DNA of 64,000 nt from an uncultured delta proteobacterium (GTDB taxonomy: Bacteria > Desulfobacterota > Binatia > UBA9968): the NCBI GenBank assembly GCA_963804165.1, contig CAWDPO010000014.1, positions 64,001 to 128,000 of the forward strand, read 5' to 3'. Both the position numbers and the translations under genes were made by a program. This document shows positions 49,253-60,164 of this stretch, in pieces. Below the pieces are notes generated by a model. That model made no database searches. It was not told the DNA's origin and saw nothing but the letters and a program-made list of their open reading frames with translations. The stretch's first letter is position 1. Each line of letters opens with the position of its first letter.

Positions 49253-49419
49253 TGGAGTAATGGGCTCCGAACTCCGCACCTCTGCGCGTGCAGTTATCCC
49301 CGCAACGACTTGAACGTGAAGCGAAGCCGAAGCATCGGACGCTCTTGGAACTCCGAACTCTCAGTCTTAAATACCCGTTGCGACGAATTATTTTACCTGC
49401 TAATTCACTTGACCAGTCT

Positions 49420-49925
49420 ATGAAAGACGAACTAGCGAAGAGATTGGTTCAAGGCCTGAAAGACGCGGGTGTCAACTTCGTCACTTACCTGCCGGAGACT
49501 CGCTTGAGCCAGATCGTGCCGTTGATTCGCGACGATCCGAAAATGGAGTTGATCGCGGCGGCGAGCGAGCAGGAGGCGGTCACGATCGCCGCGGGAGCTA
49601 CCTTGGGCGGCAAACAGGCTGCCGTGTACATGGAAAACACCGGCATCTACGTGTCGAGTTACAGCTTGCTGACGATCGGCAAACAACTCGGCGTGCCGAT
49701 TGTTCTTGTCATCGGCTATTTGGGCGGCGTGCCCGACCAGCGCAATAGTTTTCTTTACGCGACGATCGGCAAGCACACGATTCCGATGCTCGAAGGACTG
49801 GGCATCGAGCACATGCTGCTCAAGACGGCGAGGGGCTCGAAGTCAAGATCAACGACGCGGTGCGGGCGGCCAACTCGTTGCGCGCGCCGTTCGCGCTGCT
49901 GTTCGCCGGGGAGTTTTCCGTATGA
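49420..49925 (+). CDS. ComD-like ThDP decarboxylase alpha subunit (frameshift ~49825)
   Basis: LKDAGVNFVTYLPETRL, ASEQEAVTIAAGA; paralog of 45439. Confidence 0.82.
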
Positions 49926-50530
49926 TTCGTCACGAGTGTCTCGAATTGCTGGCCGGCAAGATGAGCGATCAGCTGGTGGTTACTTCGCAGAGCGGCCAGC
50001 GCATCGAGTGGTCGCATCTGTCGCAAGCATGAAGGCAATTTGCTCGTCGGCATGATGGGCTGCGCCATCGGCGTCGCGACCGGTTTGGCGTTGGCCTTGC
50101 CGCACCGCAAGGTGATCGCGCTCGATTCCGACGGCAGCGTGCTGCTGTCGCTGTTCAATCTGCCGACGCTGGGTAATCTGCGGCCGAAGAATTTAGTCGT
50201 CTACGTCTTCGACAACGGCGTTTACAGCGGCAGCCGGATAAGTTATCCGACTGCGACTTCGGGGAACACGGACTTGGCGGCGAATGGCGCGCGGCGCCGG
50301 GATCAGCCAACGCGCACGACGATCCACGACATCGAGGAATTCAAAAACAAGCCGGCATGGAGGCGTTGACACGTAACGAATTGGCTTTCTTCGTCTGTAA
50401 AGTCGAAGAGAGCCTGCTGCACCGCGAGATTCCCCGGCCGAACACCGACCTCGCCGAAAACAAATATACTTTTGTGCGCTATCTGGAACGAACGGAAGGC
50501 AAGACGGTCCCGTTCGTCGGCCGCGGTTGA
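49922..50530 (+). CDS. ComE-like ThDP decarboxylase beta subunit (frameshifts)
   Basis: MIRHECLE..., GMMGCAIGVATGLALALP, DSDGSVLL, VFDNGVY; paralog of 44810. Confidence 0.82.
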
Positions 50531-50549
50531 GAACGTTTTGGGAGAGAGA

Positions 50550-51593
50550 ATGAAAGAAGCAAAACGATTGGTGCTGATTGCCGTCGCGTTGTTGGGCATC
50601 GCTGTCGCTGCAACGTCATCAGCTCAGGCGCAGGATTTCTACAAGGACAAAACGCTTACCATCATTGTCGGCTATTCGCCCGGAGGCTCTTTCGATCTCT
50701 ACGCGCGCGTGCTGGCCCGCTATATCGGCCGATATCTCCCCGGGCAATCCGACCCGGATCGTCGAGAACATGACGGGCGCCGGCGGATTGATCGCGGCCA
50801 ATCATCTTGTACAATCGGGTCAAGCCGGACGGATTGACCATCGGCGCGTGGGCGTCGCCGTTGGTGTTGCAGCACATCATGGGCAACGAAGCGGCCCAGT
50901 TCGACGGCCGGAAATTCGGCTACCTCGGCATCCCGAGCGAGTACGATACCGTCTGCACTTTCAACCAGCAAAGCGGCATAACCAAGATGGACGATTGGAT
51001 CAATGCCAAGCGGCCGCAAAAGATCTCCACTATCGGCCCCGGCACCAGCACATCGGACATTCCAAAATTGCTCAAAGCCGCGCTCAATCTGCCGATGGAC
51101 GTGATCGACGGTTACAAAGGCGGCGCGGATGCGCGGCTGGCAGTGGAGTCAGGCGAAGTCGACGGTTACTGCGGCTCATGGGGAACGGTGGAAACGGTTT
51201 GGCGCAGCGCCTATGAAAGCAAGAAAATCGTTCCCGTCTTGCAAGTCGTCGCTCAAGTCGCAGCCCAAGTATCAAACATATTCCGCTGGCGATCAATTAC
51301 GCCAAGACGGAGGAGGCGCGCGAGTTGCTAAAAATCGCGGACGATGTCCACGTCGTGCAGTTTCCTTTTTCGCGTGCCGCCGGGCATGGCGAAAGACCGG
51401 CTCGAGCTGTTGCAGCGAGCATTTGTTCGCACGTTCAAAGATCCCGACCTGATTGCCGAAGCGAAGCGATCGCAGCTTGGACATCGATCCGATCGATGGC
51501 CCGACGATCACCAAGACGCTGACGAGCCTTTACGATCTCAAGCCGGCGACAGTGGCGCAACTGAAAGACATCCTGCTGCCGAAGAAGAAATAG
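50550..51593 (+). CDS. TctC/Bug-like substrate-binding protein (frameshifts)
   Basis: FYKDKTLTIIVGYSPGGSFD.YAR, VENMTGAGG, KPDGLT, GYKGGADARLAVESGEVDG. Confidence 0.82.
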
Positions 51594-51774
51594 CAAGCCG
51601 TGTTCGTGATCGGGTCACGGGTCGCAGCTATGAAATCCTCAGCGATCTCGATACCGCCAAGCACTCTGTGGCGTCGGTCCCAACTTGACACCACTAGGTC
51701 TTTTCCCGGTAGAGACTCAACAGAACATGCTCGCGATCGTTGCGATATCTACAGCGAAGTGGAGGGAAGCAAAT

Positions 51775-52733
51775 ATGGCAGAAATCGTAATCGGTATCGG
51801 CACGTCGCATAGTCCGCAATTGAGCATACGCGCGAAGGATTGGGATCACCTGTTAAAAAAGGACGAGACCGATCCGCGGCTCGACTATCCAGGCCTTGGT
51901 GCAAAAGGCCAAGCCGGGTCTGGCAGCGGAGCTTACGCCGGAGAAGTTTCGCGAGCGCGACGAAGCTTGTCTGAAAGCGGTCAAAGACTTGGGCGAGGCG
52001 CTGCAAAAGGCGAACGCCGATGTGGTGGTGGTTTTCGGCGACGATCAACAGGAACAGTTCCACGACGAGAACATGCCGACGTTCGCGATCTACCACGGCA
52101 AGTCGGTGCCTGTCGTCAAGGATAACAGACTACCGGCCTTCCGGGTGGAAGGACGCGGAGCGCCAAGGCTGGGCGGAGACGGCGCGCGGAATATGATACC
52201 GCTCATGACTTGCGAATCATTTGATTCGCTCGCTGGTCGATGCCGAGTTCGACATCGCGCGCTGCAATAAACTGCGCGAAGAAATCGGTGTCGGCCACGC
52301 GTTTAGTTTTCTCTACCGACGCGTGTTGCCGGGGAGCAGGCTGCCCATGGTGCCGGTGATGGTGAACACTTACTATCCGCCGAATCAGCCGACGCCGAAA
52401 CGGTGCTATACTTTCGGCCAGGCGGTGCGTAAAGCGATCGAGTCGTGGAACAGCGACAAGCGCGTCGCGCTCATGGCGTCCGGCGGCCTAAGTCACGTCG
52501 TTATCGACGAGGAAATCGATGCGATGACTATCGACGGTTTGAAAAACAAGAGGCCCGAGGTGTTATTTCAATTGCCACGCGAAAGATTGCGCGGCGGCAC
52601 GTCGGAGATCCTCAACTGGGTGGCGCTGGCCGGCGCGATGGAAGATCGCGATCTGAAATATTTTGAATATGTCACGACCTATCGCTCGCCGGCGGCGACA
52701 GGATGCGGCATGGGGTTCGCGTACTGGATGTAA
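51775..52733 (+). CDS. LigB-type extradiol ring-cleavage dioxygenase (frameshifts)
   Basis: MAEIVIGIGTSHSP, FGDDQ.E.F, GHAF, MASGGLSH, GTSEILNW. Confidence 0.85.
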
Positions 52734-52825
52734 GAGTCTCGGTTTCGGGGTCTGATCCTGAGTCGAAGGGTCTGGGTGCTAGGTTGGTTCGACTTGGCTA
52801 AAACCAAACACTAAGAAGAATGTAG

Positions 52826-53488
52826 ATGGCAAGAGAACCAATCATCGAGCGCTTGGCGAAGCTGGATACCTGCGCGGTGTCCGATGCGCTGGATAGTCTG
52901 ATACTCAAAGGCGCGACGTGGGGCGTCGCGGCCGCAATGGCAATGCCCGCGCATCGTCGGGCGGGCGGTGACGATGAAGATCAAGCCGGCCGGTTTGCAG
53001 CAGCCGACGCAGCATCTTGGCACGGCGCCGATCGAAGCCGCGAAGCCCGGCGACATCATCGTCATCGATAACGGCGGGAAGCTGGAATTTTCCTGCTGGG
53101 GCGGTTTGTTGGCGCTTTCGGCCAAATTAAAAGGAATAAGCGGCGTGGTCATCGACGGCGCATCACGCGAATTGATGAAGCGCGCGAGCTGAATTTTCCG
53201 GTGTATGCGCGCGGCGCTGTGCCCATGACTGCGCGCGGTCGGGTCATGCAGGAATCTTTCAACCAGGAAATTCAATTCGCCGGCGTGCAATGCCATCCCG
53301 GAGATCTGGTCATCGCCGACGGCAGCGGTGTGGTGATCATCCCGAAGGAAAAAGAAGAAGAGGTCGTTGCCGCAGCGGAAGGGATTTATCAGAAAGAACA
53401 GGAAATGGCGGACGGCATCCGCAAAGGATATTCGGGTCGCGAAATGTTGGAAAAACTCGGCTACGAGCAGATGTTGAACAAAAAGTAG
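52826..53488 (+). CDS. RraA/HMG (LigK-like) aldolase family (frameshifts)
   Basis: TCAVSDALD, PGDIIVIDNGG, WGGLL, GVVIDGA, PGDLVIADGSGVVIIP. Confidence 0.85.
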
Positions 53489-53529
53489 GAATATTTAAAT
53501 TCGCATGCCGACGATCACCAGAGTTCGCT

Positions 53530-54714
53530 ATGCTCACACGCGAAGAAAACGAATTTCTAACTCAAGTCAGCGCCGGCACGCCGTGCGGCGAACTCTTGCG
53601 CCGCTACTGGCATCCGGTTGCCGCCGCCGCCGAATTGACCGACGAAAAACCGATCAAGGCAGTAAAGATTCTCAATGAAGAGTTAGTCGTCTATCGCGAT
53701 AAAGCGGGCCGCTACGGCCTGGTCGGCGAGCATTGCCCGCATCGCTCGGCTTCGCTTGCGTACGGCCGCGTCGACGACGAAGGAATCCGTTGCCCGTATC
53801 ACGGCTGGAAGTTCGATTGCACGGGCAAATGCCTCGAACAGCCGGCGGAGCCGGCGGACAGCACGTTCAAAGACCGCATCAAACATGTCGCCTATCCTGT
53901 GGAGTACCTGGGTGGCCTCATCTATGCCTATCTCGGTCCCACGCCGGCGCCGCTCTTGCCGCGCTGGGATGTGCTCGTCTGGGAGCATGGCCGGCGCTGG
54001 ATCGTCAAGGAGACGATCATCGACTGCAACTGGTTGCAGCCGATGGAGAACTCAGTGGATCCGTCGCATCTCTTTTGGCTGCACGGCGATACCGAGCGGT
54101 TTGTACCGGGCTTGAAAACTTACGCCGAGGAGCACGAGTTTATCCGCTTTGAGTACGGCATCCGAAAACGCCGAACGACGTTGCCGCTGGCGACCGGTGG
54201 TAAAACCGCGGTGGACGACCATCCGTTGCTTTTTCCGACCGTGTTGCGGCACGTAGCGCCCTATAATGAGGGCAGCGGGCACCGACACAATTTACAGATT
54301 CGCGTGCCGGTGGACGATTTTCACACTCAGGTGTTCCGCGTGAATTTTTTGCCGATGGAATCCGAAAGATCGCCGGCGGATGCGCCTGTGCCTTTTCGTT
54401 TCACTCCCCTTAAGACCGGCCCGCGCGAGTATAAAATGAATATGATTCCGGCGCAGGACTCGATGGCGTGGGAAACTCAAGGTCTCCTCGCCAACCGCGC
54501 GCAAGAACACCTCGGCGTGGGCGATGAAGGGGTCATCGAGCTGAGAAAACTTCTGCGCGAGCAAATCGAGCGCGTGCAGCAAGGTCTCGAACCTCTGGGG
54601 ATCATCCGCGACCCCGAAAAAAATCAGTTGATCGACCTTGGTGTGATCAACGAGCGGATCGGGCTATTTGCTGCATCGGGCACAAGAGCGATGCAGAGCC
54701 ACGCCGCGCGCTGA
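53530..54714 (+). CDS. Rieske oxygenase alpha subunit
   Basis: MLTREENE.LT, CPH...CPYH, ENSVDPSHLFWLH, QDSMAWETQG. Confidence 0.92.
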   Translation: MLTREENEFLTQVSAGTPCGELLRRYWHPVAAAAELTDEKPIKAVKILNEELVVYRDKAGRYGLVGEHCPHRSASLAYGRVDDEGIRCPYHGWKFDCTGKCLEQPAEPADSTFKDRIKHVAYPVEYLGGLIYAYLGPTPAPLLPRWDVLVWEHGRRWIVKETIIDCNWLQPMENSVDPSHLFWLHGDTERFVPGLKTYAEEHEFIRFEYGIRKRRTTLPLATGGKTAVDDHPLLFPTVLRHVAPYNEGSGHRHNLQIRVPVDDFHTQVFRVNFLPMESERSPADAPVPFRFTPLKTGPREYKMNMIPAQDSMAWETQGLLANRAQEHLGVGDEGVIELRKLLREQIERVQQGLEPLGIIRDPEKNQLIDLGVINERIGLFAASGTRAMQSHAAR

Positions 54715-55115
54715 ATTGTCCCTACCTGGTTCGTCGCTTCACCGATCCCTCCACTGCAAAATAGTTCAAATCTTTCCGAGAGTCGCGTCTCTGCGGTGCA
54801 CTAGTTTTCGCTGCCGCATTGATCAATCGTAGACTCTCTGATCGTTAACGTCTAAAAATTTCATACCTAACATAAGTTATTGATTTTTCTTGGCTTTTTT
54901 GAATAAAACTCTTGCTTAAGGAGTTCCGATTCGATTATGATTCGGCAGCGATGGTAGTGCGACCAATGATCTCGATTCCCAAGGAAAAGGGCAAGTACAT
55001 CAATTCGAGCTTACCGCAGTATCAGGACGTCGACGCGGCGCTAAAAATCGTTGACGACGCTTTGGCAAAGGCGGGGAAAAAATAACGCTCGACATCAAGG
55101 ACGGAGGATTTGGCT

Positions 55116-56282
55116 ATGCTCACCAGAGAAGAAAACGAAATGATTACTCGCGTTGGACAGGGAACCCCCGCTGGAGAACTGTTGCGGCGGTATTGGTTTC
55201 CGGTTGGTGTTGCCAGCGAACTTACCGCTGAGAACCCCACGCAAATCGTCCGGATTCTCGGTGAGACGCTGGTGCTGTTTCGCGACAAAAAAGGCAACGT
55301 CGGTTTGCTTAACGATCGCTGCTCGCATCGCGGCGCTTCGCTTTGCTACGGTCGCGTCGAAGAACGGGGCATCGCATGCCCATATCATGGTTGGCTGTAC
55401 GACACCAAGGGAAACTGTCTGGAAACGCCGGCTGAACCCGCCGAAAGCAAATTCCATTTGACCGTTAAACAAAAATCCTATCCGGTGCAAAAGTTAGTGG
55501 GACTTTATTGGGCCTATCTCGGTTTGGCGCCGGCGCCGATTATTCCCAACTTCGACATCTGGTATAGAAAAGATGGCCATCGGAAGATTTTTATTCAGCC
55601 GCAGCTCGACTGCAATTGGTTTCAAGCGATGGAAAATTCCATGGATCCGGCGCATCTGCAGATTCTCCATCAGGACACTGCCAACCGCGGCCGGCCGATT
55701 CAAGACAGCACGCGCGGACTCACCGATGACGTCCAAGAATTTGACTTCTACGAAGTTTCCTATGGACTCATGAAGCGCCGGACGTACAAAAACGGCATGC
55801 TCGACGAGCATCCGGTCATCTTCCCAAATATTTTACGCCAGGGAAATGTTGGCCAAATTCGCGTGCCCATGGACGATATGCACACAAAAGTTTACTTCGT
55901 GCGCTTTTTCCCGACGAAGAACGGCGAAATTGTCGAGAACGACGAACCGCCGGTGGAATACATCAAGCCTTACAAAAATCCTCCCGAAGCGCTACATCCC
56001 TACACGAAGTTTCGCATGGACATGGTGCAGGCCCAAGATCATATGGCCTGGGAAACCCAGGGGCCGATCGCGGACCGCACGACCGAAAGGCTAACCAGCT
56101 CCGATCGCGGCATCATCATGCTGCGCGAAGTCATGTTCCGCGAAATGAAAAAAGTGCAGCAAGGTAAAGATCCCATGGGCATCGTACGCGACCCGGCGAA
56201 GAACCCCTTTCTCGACACCCATTTGCTGGAATCCATCGCGCAAATCGGTGACGATCGCGCGCCGCGCGCCGTCAACCAATAA
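55116..56282 (+). CDS. Rieske oxygenase alpha subunit
   Basis: CSH...CPYH, ENSMDPAHLQILH, QDHMAWETQG, LTSSDRGI. Confidence 0.92.
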   Translation: MLTREENEMITRVGQGTPAGELLRRYWFPVGVASELTAENPTQIVRILGETLVLFRDKKGNVGLLNDRCSHRGASLCYGRVEERGIACPYHGWLYDTKGNCLETPAEPAESKFHLTVKQKSYPVQKLVGLYWAYLGLAPAPIIPNFDIWYRKDGHRKIFIQPQLDCNWFQAMENSMDPAHLQILHQDTANRGRPIQDSTRGLTDDVQEFDFYEVSYGLMKRRTYKNGMLDEHPVIFPNILRQGNVGQIRVPMDDMHTKVYFVRFFPTKNGEIVENDEPPVEYIKPYKNPPEALHPYTKFRMDMVQAQDHMAWETQGPIADRTTERLTSSDRGIIMLREVMFREMKKVQQGKDPMGIVRDPAKNPFLDTHLLESIAQIGDDRAPRAVNQ

Positions 56283-56290
56283 CCCTCGAC

Positions 56291-56336
56291 CGGGCCCTTC
56301 CATAGGTTCCAAAGGGGCTCGCTTTCTTTTTTCTTT
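56291..56336 (+). terminator. Putative rho-independent terminator
   Basis: CGGGCCCTT...AGGGGCTCG stem followed by CTTTCTTTTTTCTTT directly after a stop codon. Confidence 0.55.
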
Positions 56337-56505
56337 CGATTTCAGCGTCTGCTGATCGGGATTTCCTTGGAGAAGATCGGCCGCGATTGCGGGTCAGGTG
56401 TCCATCTCCCAAAAGTGCACTGTTCGCTTGCCTTGGCATTTTTGCGAGACTATGATCCAGTCGCGTCGGTGACGATCGAAATCAAGAATAGCGGAGAAAA
56501 ATTTT

Positions 56506-57234
56506 ATGGCTGACCTATCCAAGTTGCGCGAGCTGGTTGCCCAATCTTGCCGTGTCCTCGGCAAACTAAACCTCACCAAAGAGCCCAGCGGCCACGTGAG
56601 CGCGCGGGTGCCGGGCGAGGACAAAGTTCTCATCAAAGCGCGCGGCCCCGAAGAGTCGGGTCTGCGTTTTGTCAGCGCGCGCGATATCATCACGGTCGAT
56701 TTCAATGGCAAGAAGCTGGCGGGCGATGACGGCCTGGATGTGCCGCAGGAAGTCTTCATCCACACTTGGCTCTACAAGACGCGCTCGGACGTTCAGTGCG
56801 TCGTGCATGTGCATCCGTTGACCGTCGTGTTGTTTACGATCTGTAATAAACCGATTCAACCCTTGTATGGCGCCTACGATCCGTCGGGGCTCAGGCTGTT
56901 AGTTGACGGCCTGGCGACTTATCCGCGCAGCATCACGGTGTCGAACGAAAAGCTCGGCGAAGAATTCGCCCGGGCGATGGGGAGCAAACAGGCGTGCCTC
57001 ATGCGCGGCCACGGGATCACCAGCGCCGGGCCGAACGTCGAAGACGCGACGCTGACGGCCATCAAACTCAACGACGCAGCCGTCATCAACTACCAGGCTT
57101 CGCTGCTTGGTACCCCGCAACCGATTCCGCAGGAAGACATTGACATTCTCGTCGGCAAGGCGCGCGGCGGCGGCAATGCCGTCCATGCGAATTCCAACTG
57201 GCGCTATTACTGCAAGCTGCTTGACGAAGAATAA
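56506..57234 (+). CDS. Class II aldolase/adducin family protein
   Basis: GHVSARVPG, EVFIH..LY, VVHVHP, LMRGHG. Confidence 0.92.
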   Translation: MADLSKLRELVAQSCRVLGKLNLTKEPSGHVSARVPGEDKVLIKARGPEESGLRFVSARDIITVDFNGKKLAGDDGLDVPQEVFIHTWLYKTRSDVQCVVHVHPLTVVLFTICNKPIQPLYGAYDPSGLRLLVDGLATYPRSITVSNEKLGEEFARAMGSKQACLMRGHGITSAGPNVEDATLTAIKLNDAAVINYQASLLGTPQPIPQEDIDILVGKARGGGNAVHANSNWRYYCKLLDEE

Positions 57235-57304
57235 TTCCTAAACGCGTTCCAGGCGTTCAAGCAATGCTCGGTCAATCCGAGGGATAACATTTCGTTTGTT
57301 TGCT

Positions 57305-58396
57305 ATGGCGCAGCCCGTTCTCGAATTTCGCGAAGTCGTGAAACGTTTTGGTGTCGTCCATGCCGTCGACGGTGTAAATTTTACAATTCAGCGCGGTGAG
57401 GTTTTTACTTTGCTAGGTCCGTCCGGCTGCGGCAAGACGACCACGCTGCGCTTGGTGGCGGGATTGGAAGAGCCCGACGGCGGTGAGATTGATATCGACG
57501 GAAAAATCGTCGCGGCACCGCAACGGGGAGTATTTCTCCCACCTGAAAAGCGCCAGCTCGGAATGGTGTTTCAGTCCTACGCGATCTGGCCGCACCTGTC
57601 AGTTTTCGAGAACGTGGCGTTTCCGCTACGGGTGCGGCGTGAATCCACCCAGTTAATCCGACAACGGGTCGATCATGCGCTGGAGAGCGTCGGCCTCGGT
57701 GGCTTTGCCGAGCGTGGCGCGACGCAGCTTTCCGGCGGCCAACAGCAGCGTGTCGCGCTGGCACGGGCGCTCGTGTACGAGCCCGCCCTTTTGCTACTCG
57801 ATGAGCCGCTTTCGAATCTCGACGCCAAGCTGCGCGAGCAGATGCGCGTCGAGATTCGCGCGCTGCAACGAAAGCTCGGCCTGACGGTCCTGTATGTAAC
57901 CCACGACCAGGCCGAAGCGATGACGTTATCGGACCGGATCGCGGTGGTCCAGCGCGGCCGGTTCGAGCAGGTCGGCACGCCAGAGGAAGTATACGAGAAT
58001 CCGACAACGCTGTTTGTCGCCGAATTTTTGGGACGCACGGTCAGTCTCGAAGGGACAATATCCCGAAACCACACGGGCTGCTGGGTCGAATTTTTGCCGG
58101 GCGCTGCACGGAGCGCGTTGTCCAGCGCAGCGGCCGAATCTCTCTCCCATGGATCCAAGGTAAGGGTGCTCACCCGACCGGAAGATGTCGAGATTCTCGA
58201 TGGCGGCGAGCTGACAGCGAATCAACTTGCGGCAACCATCGAGCAAGTCGCTTATCTGGGCGAACGTTTCGAATATCATGTGCGCGCAGCTGGCGTGTTG
58301 TTTGTCTTATCGGCGCCCAAGAAGCAGCGCTTTCGGCCGGGCGATGCGGTGCGTCTCTCGCTCGATCCCAGTCGTCTTCATTTTCGGCCGCGTTAA
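57305..58396 (+). CDS. ABC transporter ATP-binding subunit (FbpC/PotA-like)
   Basis: GPSGCGKTT, LSGGQQQR, LLLDEP, TOBE-like C-terminus. Confidence 0.95.
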   Translation: MAQPVLEFREVVKRFGVVHAVDGVNFTIQRGEVFTLLGPSGCGKTTTLRLVAGLEEPDGGEIDIDGKIVAAPQRGVFLPPEKRQLGMVFQSYAIWPHLSVFENVAFPLRVRRESTQLIRQRVDHALESVGLGGFAERGATQLSGGQQQRVALARALVYEPALLLLDEPLSNLDAKLREQMRVEIRALQRKLGLTVLYVTHDQAEAMTLSDRIAVVQRGRFEQVGTPEEVYENPTTLFVAEFLGRTVSLEGTISRNHTGCWVEFLPGAARSALSSAAAESLSHGSKVRVLTRPEDVEILDGGELTANQLAATIEQVAYLGERFEYHVRAAGVLFVLSAPKKQRFRPGDAVRLSLDPSRLHFRPR

Positions 58397-58399
58397 ACC

Positions 58400-60127
58400 G
58401 TGATGAAATCGCCGAGCGCTACTCTTTCACTACCGAGACTCCGCCTGCGGCCTATTCGTTTGGCGGAATTTGGCTTCCTGGTTTTTCTTGTCGTGGCGAT
58501 GGGGTTACCGCTGTTGTTTTTGCTCAGCGGCAGTTTCAATCTGGCAGCGCCGGGGAAACCGCCGATTTACGGTTTCGCCAACTGGCAGGGGGCTTTCACC
58601 GACGCAGGCACGCTGAGCGCTCTGTGGATGAGTTTTTTGCTTTCGGTCGTGCGTTTGATCCCGGCGATGATTCTCTCTGTGGTTTTTGCCTGGCTCATCG
58701 CGCGCACCGATATGCCCGGCGGCAGGTTCATCGAGTCGGCCTGTTGGATCGCTTACTTTGTCCCGGATTTTCCGCTGGTGCTGGCCTGGATCCTATTGCT
58801 CGATCCCAATTTCGGCTTTCTTAATTCGCTCGCCAAGAGCTTGCCCTTCGTCGACGGGCCGCTTTTCAACCCCTATGGTTTCTGGGGCATCGTTTGGGTG
58901 CATACCTCGACGGGCGGCATCTGGTTCAAAGTCATGCTGCTGGTTCCCGTGTTCCGCCGCCTGGGGGCGACGCTGGAAGAGGCGGCGCGGGTCGCCGGCG
59001 CCAATACCACAGCGATGCTTTGGCGCATTACCCTACCGGTCTTGTCGCCGATGATTCTCGCCGTCGCCGTGCTGAGCTTTATCCGCGGCCTGCAGTCCTT
59101 CAACACCGAGCTTTTGCTCGGCACTCCCGTGGGAATTTACGTCTACTCGACCAAGATTTACGATTACTTGCAGCGCGAGCCGCGCGGCTATGGCGAAGCC
59201 ACGGCACTGGGCTCGGTATTTCTATTCGTGCTGGCGATTCTGCTCTTTTTCTACTGGCGCTATTTAAGCGGCAATAAGAGATTCACCGTGGTTACCGGCC
59301 AAGGATATTCGACTCTGCGCGTGAAGCTCGGCAGGTGGCGCTATGCCGCCTTGGCAGGATGTCTGCTTTACGTTGCAGTGATGATGCTTGTGCCTCTGGC
59401 GTTCTTAGTGATCGGTTCTTTTATGCGGCGCTATGGTTTTTTCAACATCGCGGCGCCGTTTACTCTAAATCATTGGCACAATTTGCTCGCTGACCCGATC
59501 TTTCTCGTCGCGCTCAAGAACAGTTTGATCATCGCCAGCGTAACCGCCATCGGCGGTATCCTGCTCTATTCAGCGCTCGCTTATTTGTTGGTTTCCCGAC
59601 GCACGATCACCGCTCCCGTACTAGAAAGTCTCTGTTGGATTCCTCATGTGCTGCCAGGGATACTCTTGAGTCTGGGCGTCCTGTGGCTTTTCCTGGCGAC
59701 GCCGCTGCGTTTTTTTCTCTACGGCACGGTTTGGGGCATCGCTTTCGCACTGATTTTGGCCGACAGCCCGGTGACAACCCAGGCGTTCAAGGCAGGGTTA
59801 TTACAATTAGGCGCCGACCTGGAAGAATCGGCGCGTGTGAGCGGCGCTTCATGGGCCTATGCTTACCGCCGCATTCTATTGCCGCTGTTGGCACCGATCG
59901 CCGCCGCGGTCGGCTTGATGAACTTCGGCAGCGCCTTGACCAGCATCAGCACACCTGTGTTACTTTACAGCCACCAGTCGCGGCCGCTGGCCATCTTACT
60001 ACTGGAATATAGCTTTACCGGCGAGCTGGAACGGGCCGCGGCCCTCGGTTTGTTAATTACTCTGATTATCGGGACGATGATGCTGGTCGCTAGAAAACTG
60101 GGATTGCAATTATCCGGGAGTGATTAG
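58400..60127 (+). CDS. ABC transporter fused double permease (FbpB-like)
   Basis: Two EAA loops (LEEAARVAGA, LEESARVSGA), many TMs. Confidence 0.93.
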   Translation: MMKSPSATLSLPRLRLRPIRLAEFGFLVFLVVAMGLPLLFLLSGSFNLAAPGKPPIYGFANWQGAFTDAGTLSALWMSFLLSVVRLIPAMILSVVFAWLIARTDMPGGRFIESACWIAYFVPDFPLVLAWILLLDPNFGFLNSLAKSLPFVDGPLFNPYGFWGIVWVHTSTGGIWFKVMLLVPVFRRLGATLEEAARVAGANTTAMLWRITLPVLSPMILAVAVLSFIRGLQSFNTELLLGTPVGIYVYSTKIYDYLQREPRGYGEATALGSVFLFVLAILLFFYWRYLSGNKRFTVVTGQGYSTLRVKLGRWRYAALAGCLLYVAVMMLVPLAFLVIGSFMRRYGFFNIAAPFTLNHWHNLLADPIFLVALKNSLIIASVTAIGGILLYSALAYLLVSRRTITAPVLESLCWIPHVLPGILLSLGVLWLFLATPLRFFLYGTVWGIAFALILADSPVTTQAFKAGLLQLGADLEESARVSGASWAYAYRRILLPLLAPIAAAVGLMNFGSALTSISTPVLLYSHQSRPLAILLLEYSFTGELERAAALGLLITLIIGTMMLVARKLGLQLSGSD

Positions 60128-60164
60128 GGCAGGATTTCATTCCGATTCCTTTAGGAGAGCATAG

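Noticed and set aside
46952-53488. Dense frameshifts suggesting mass pseudogenisation or programmed frameshifting (also at 3135, 14535, 20750, 21970, 24270-24700, 29753-31718, 40160-40390)
   Set aside because: Single-base indels with otherwise intact motifs, clustered by region, fit low-coverage long-read errors better; needs read-level checking
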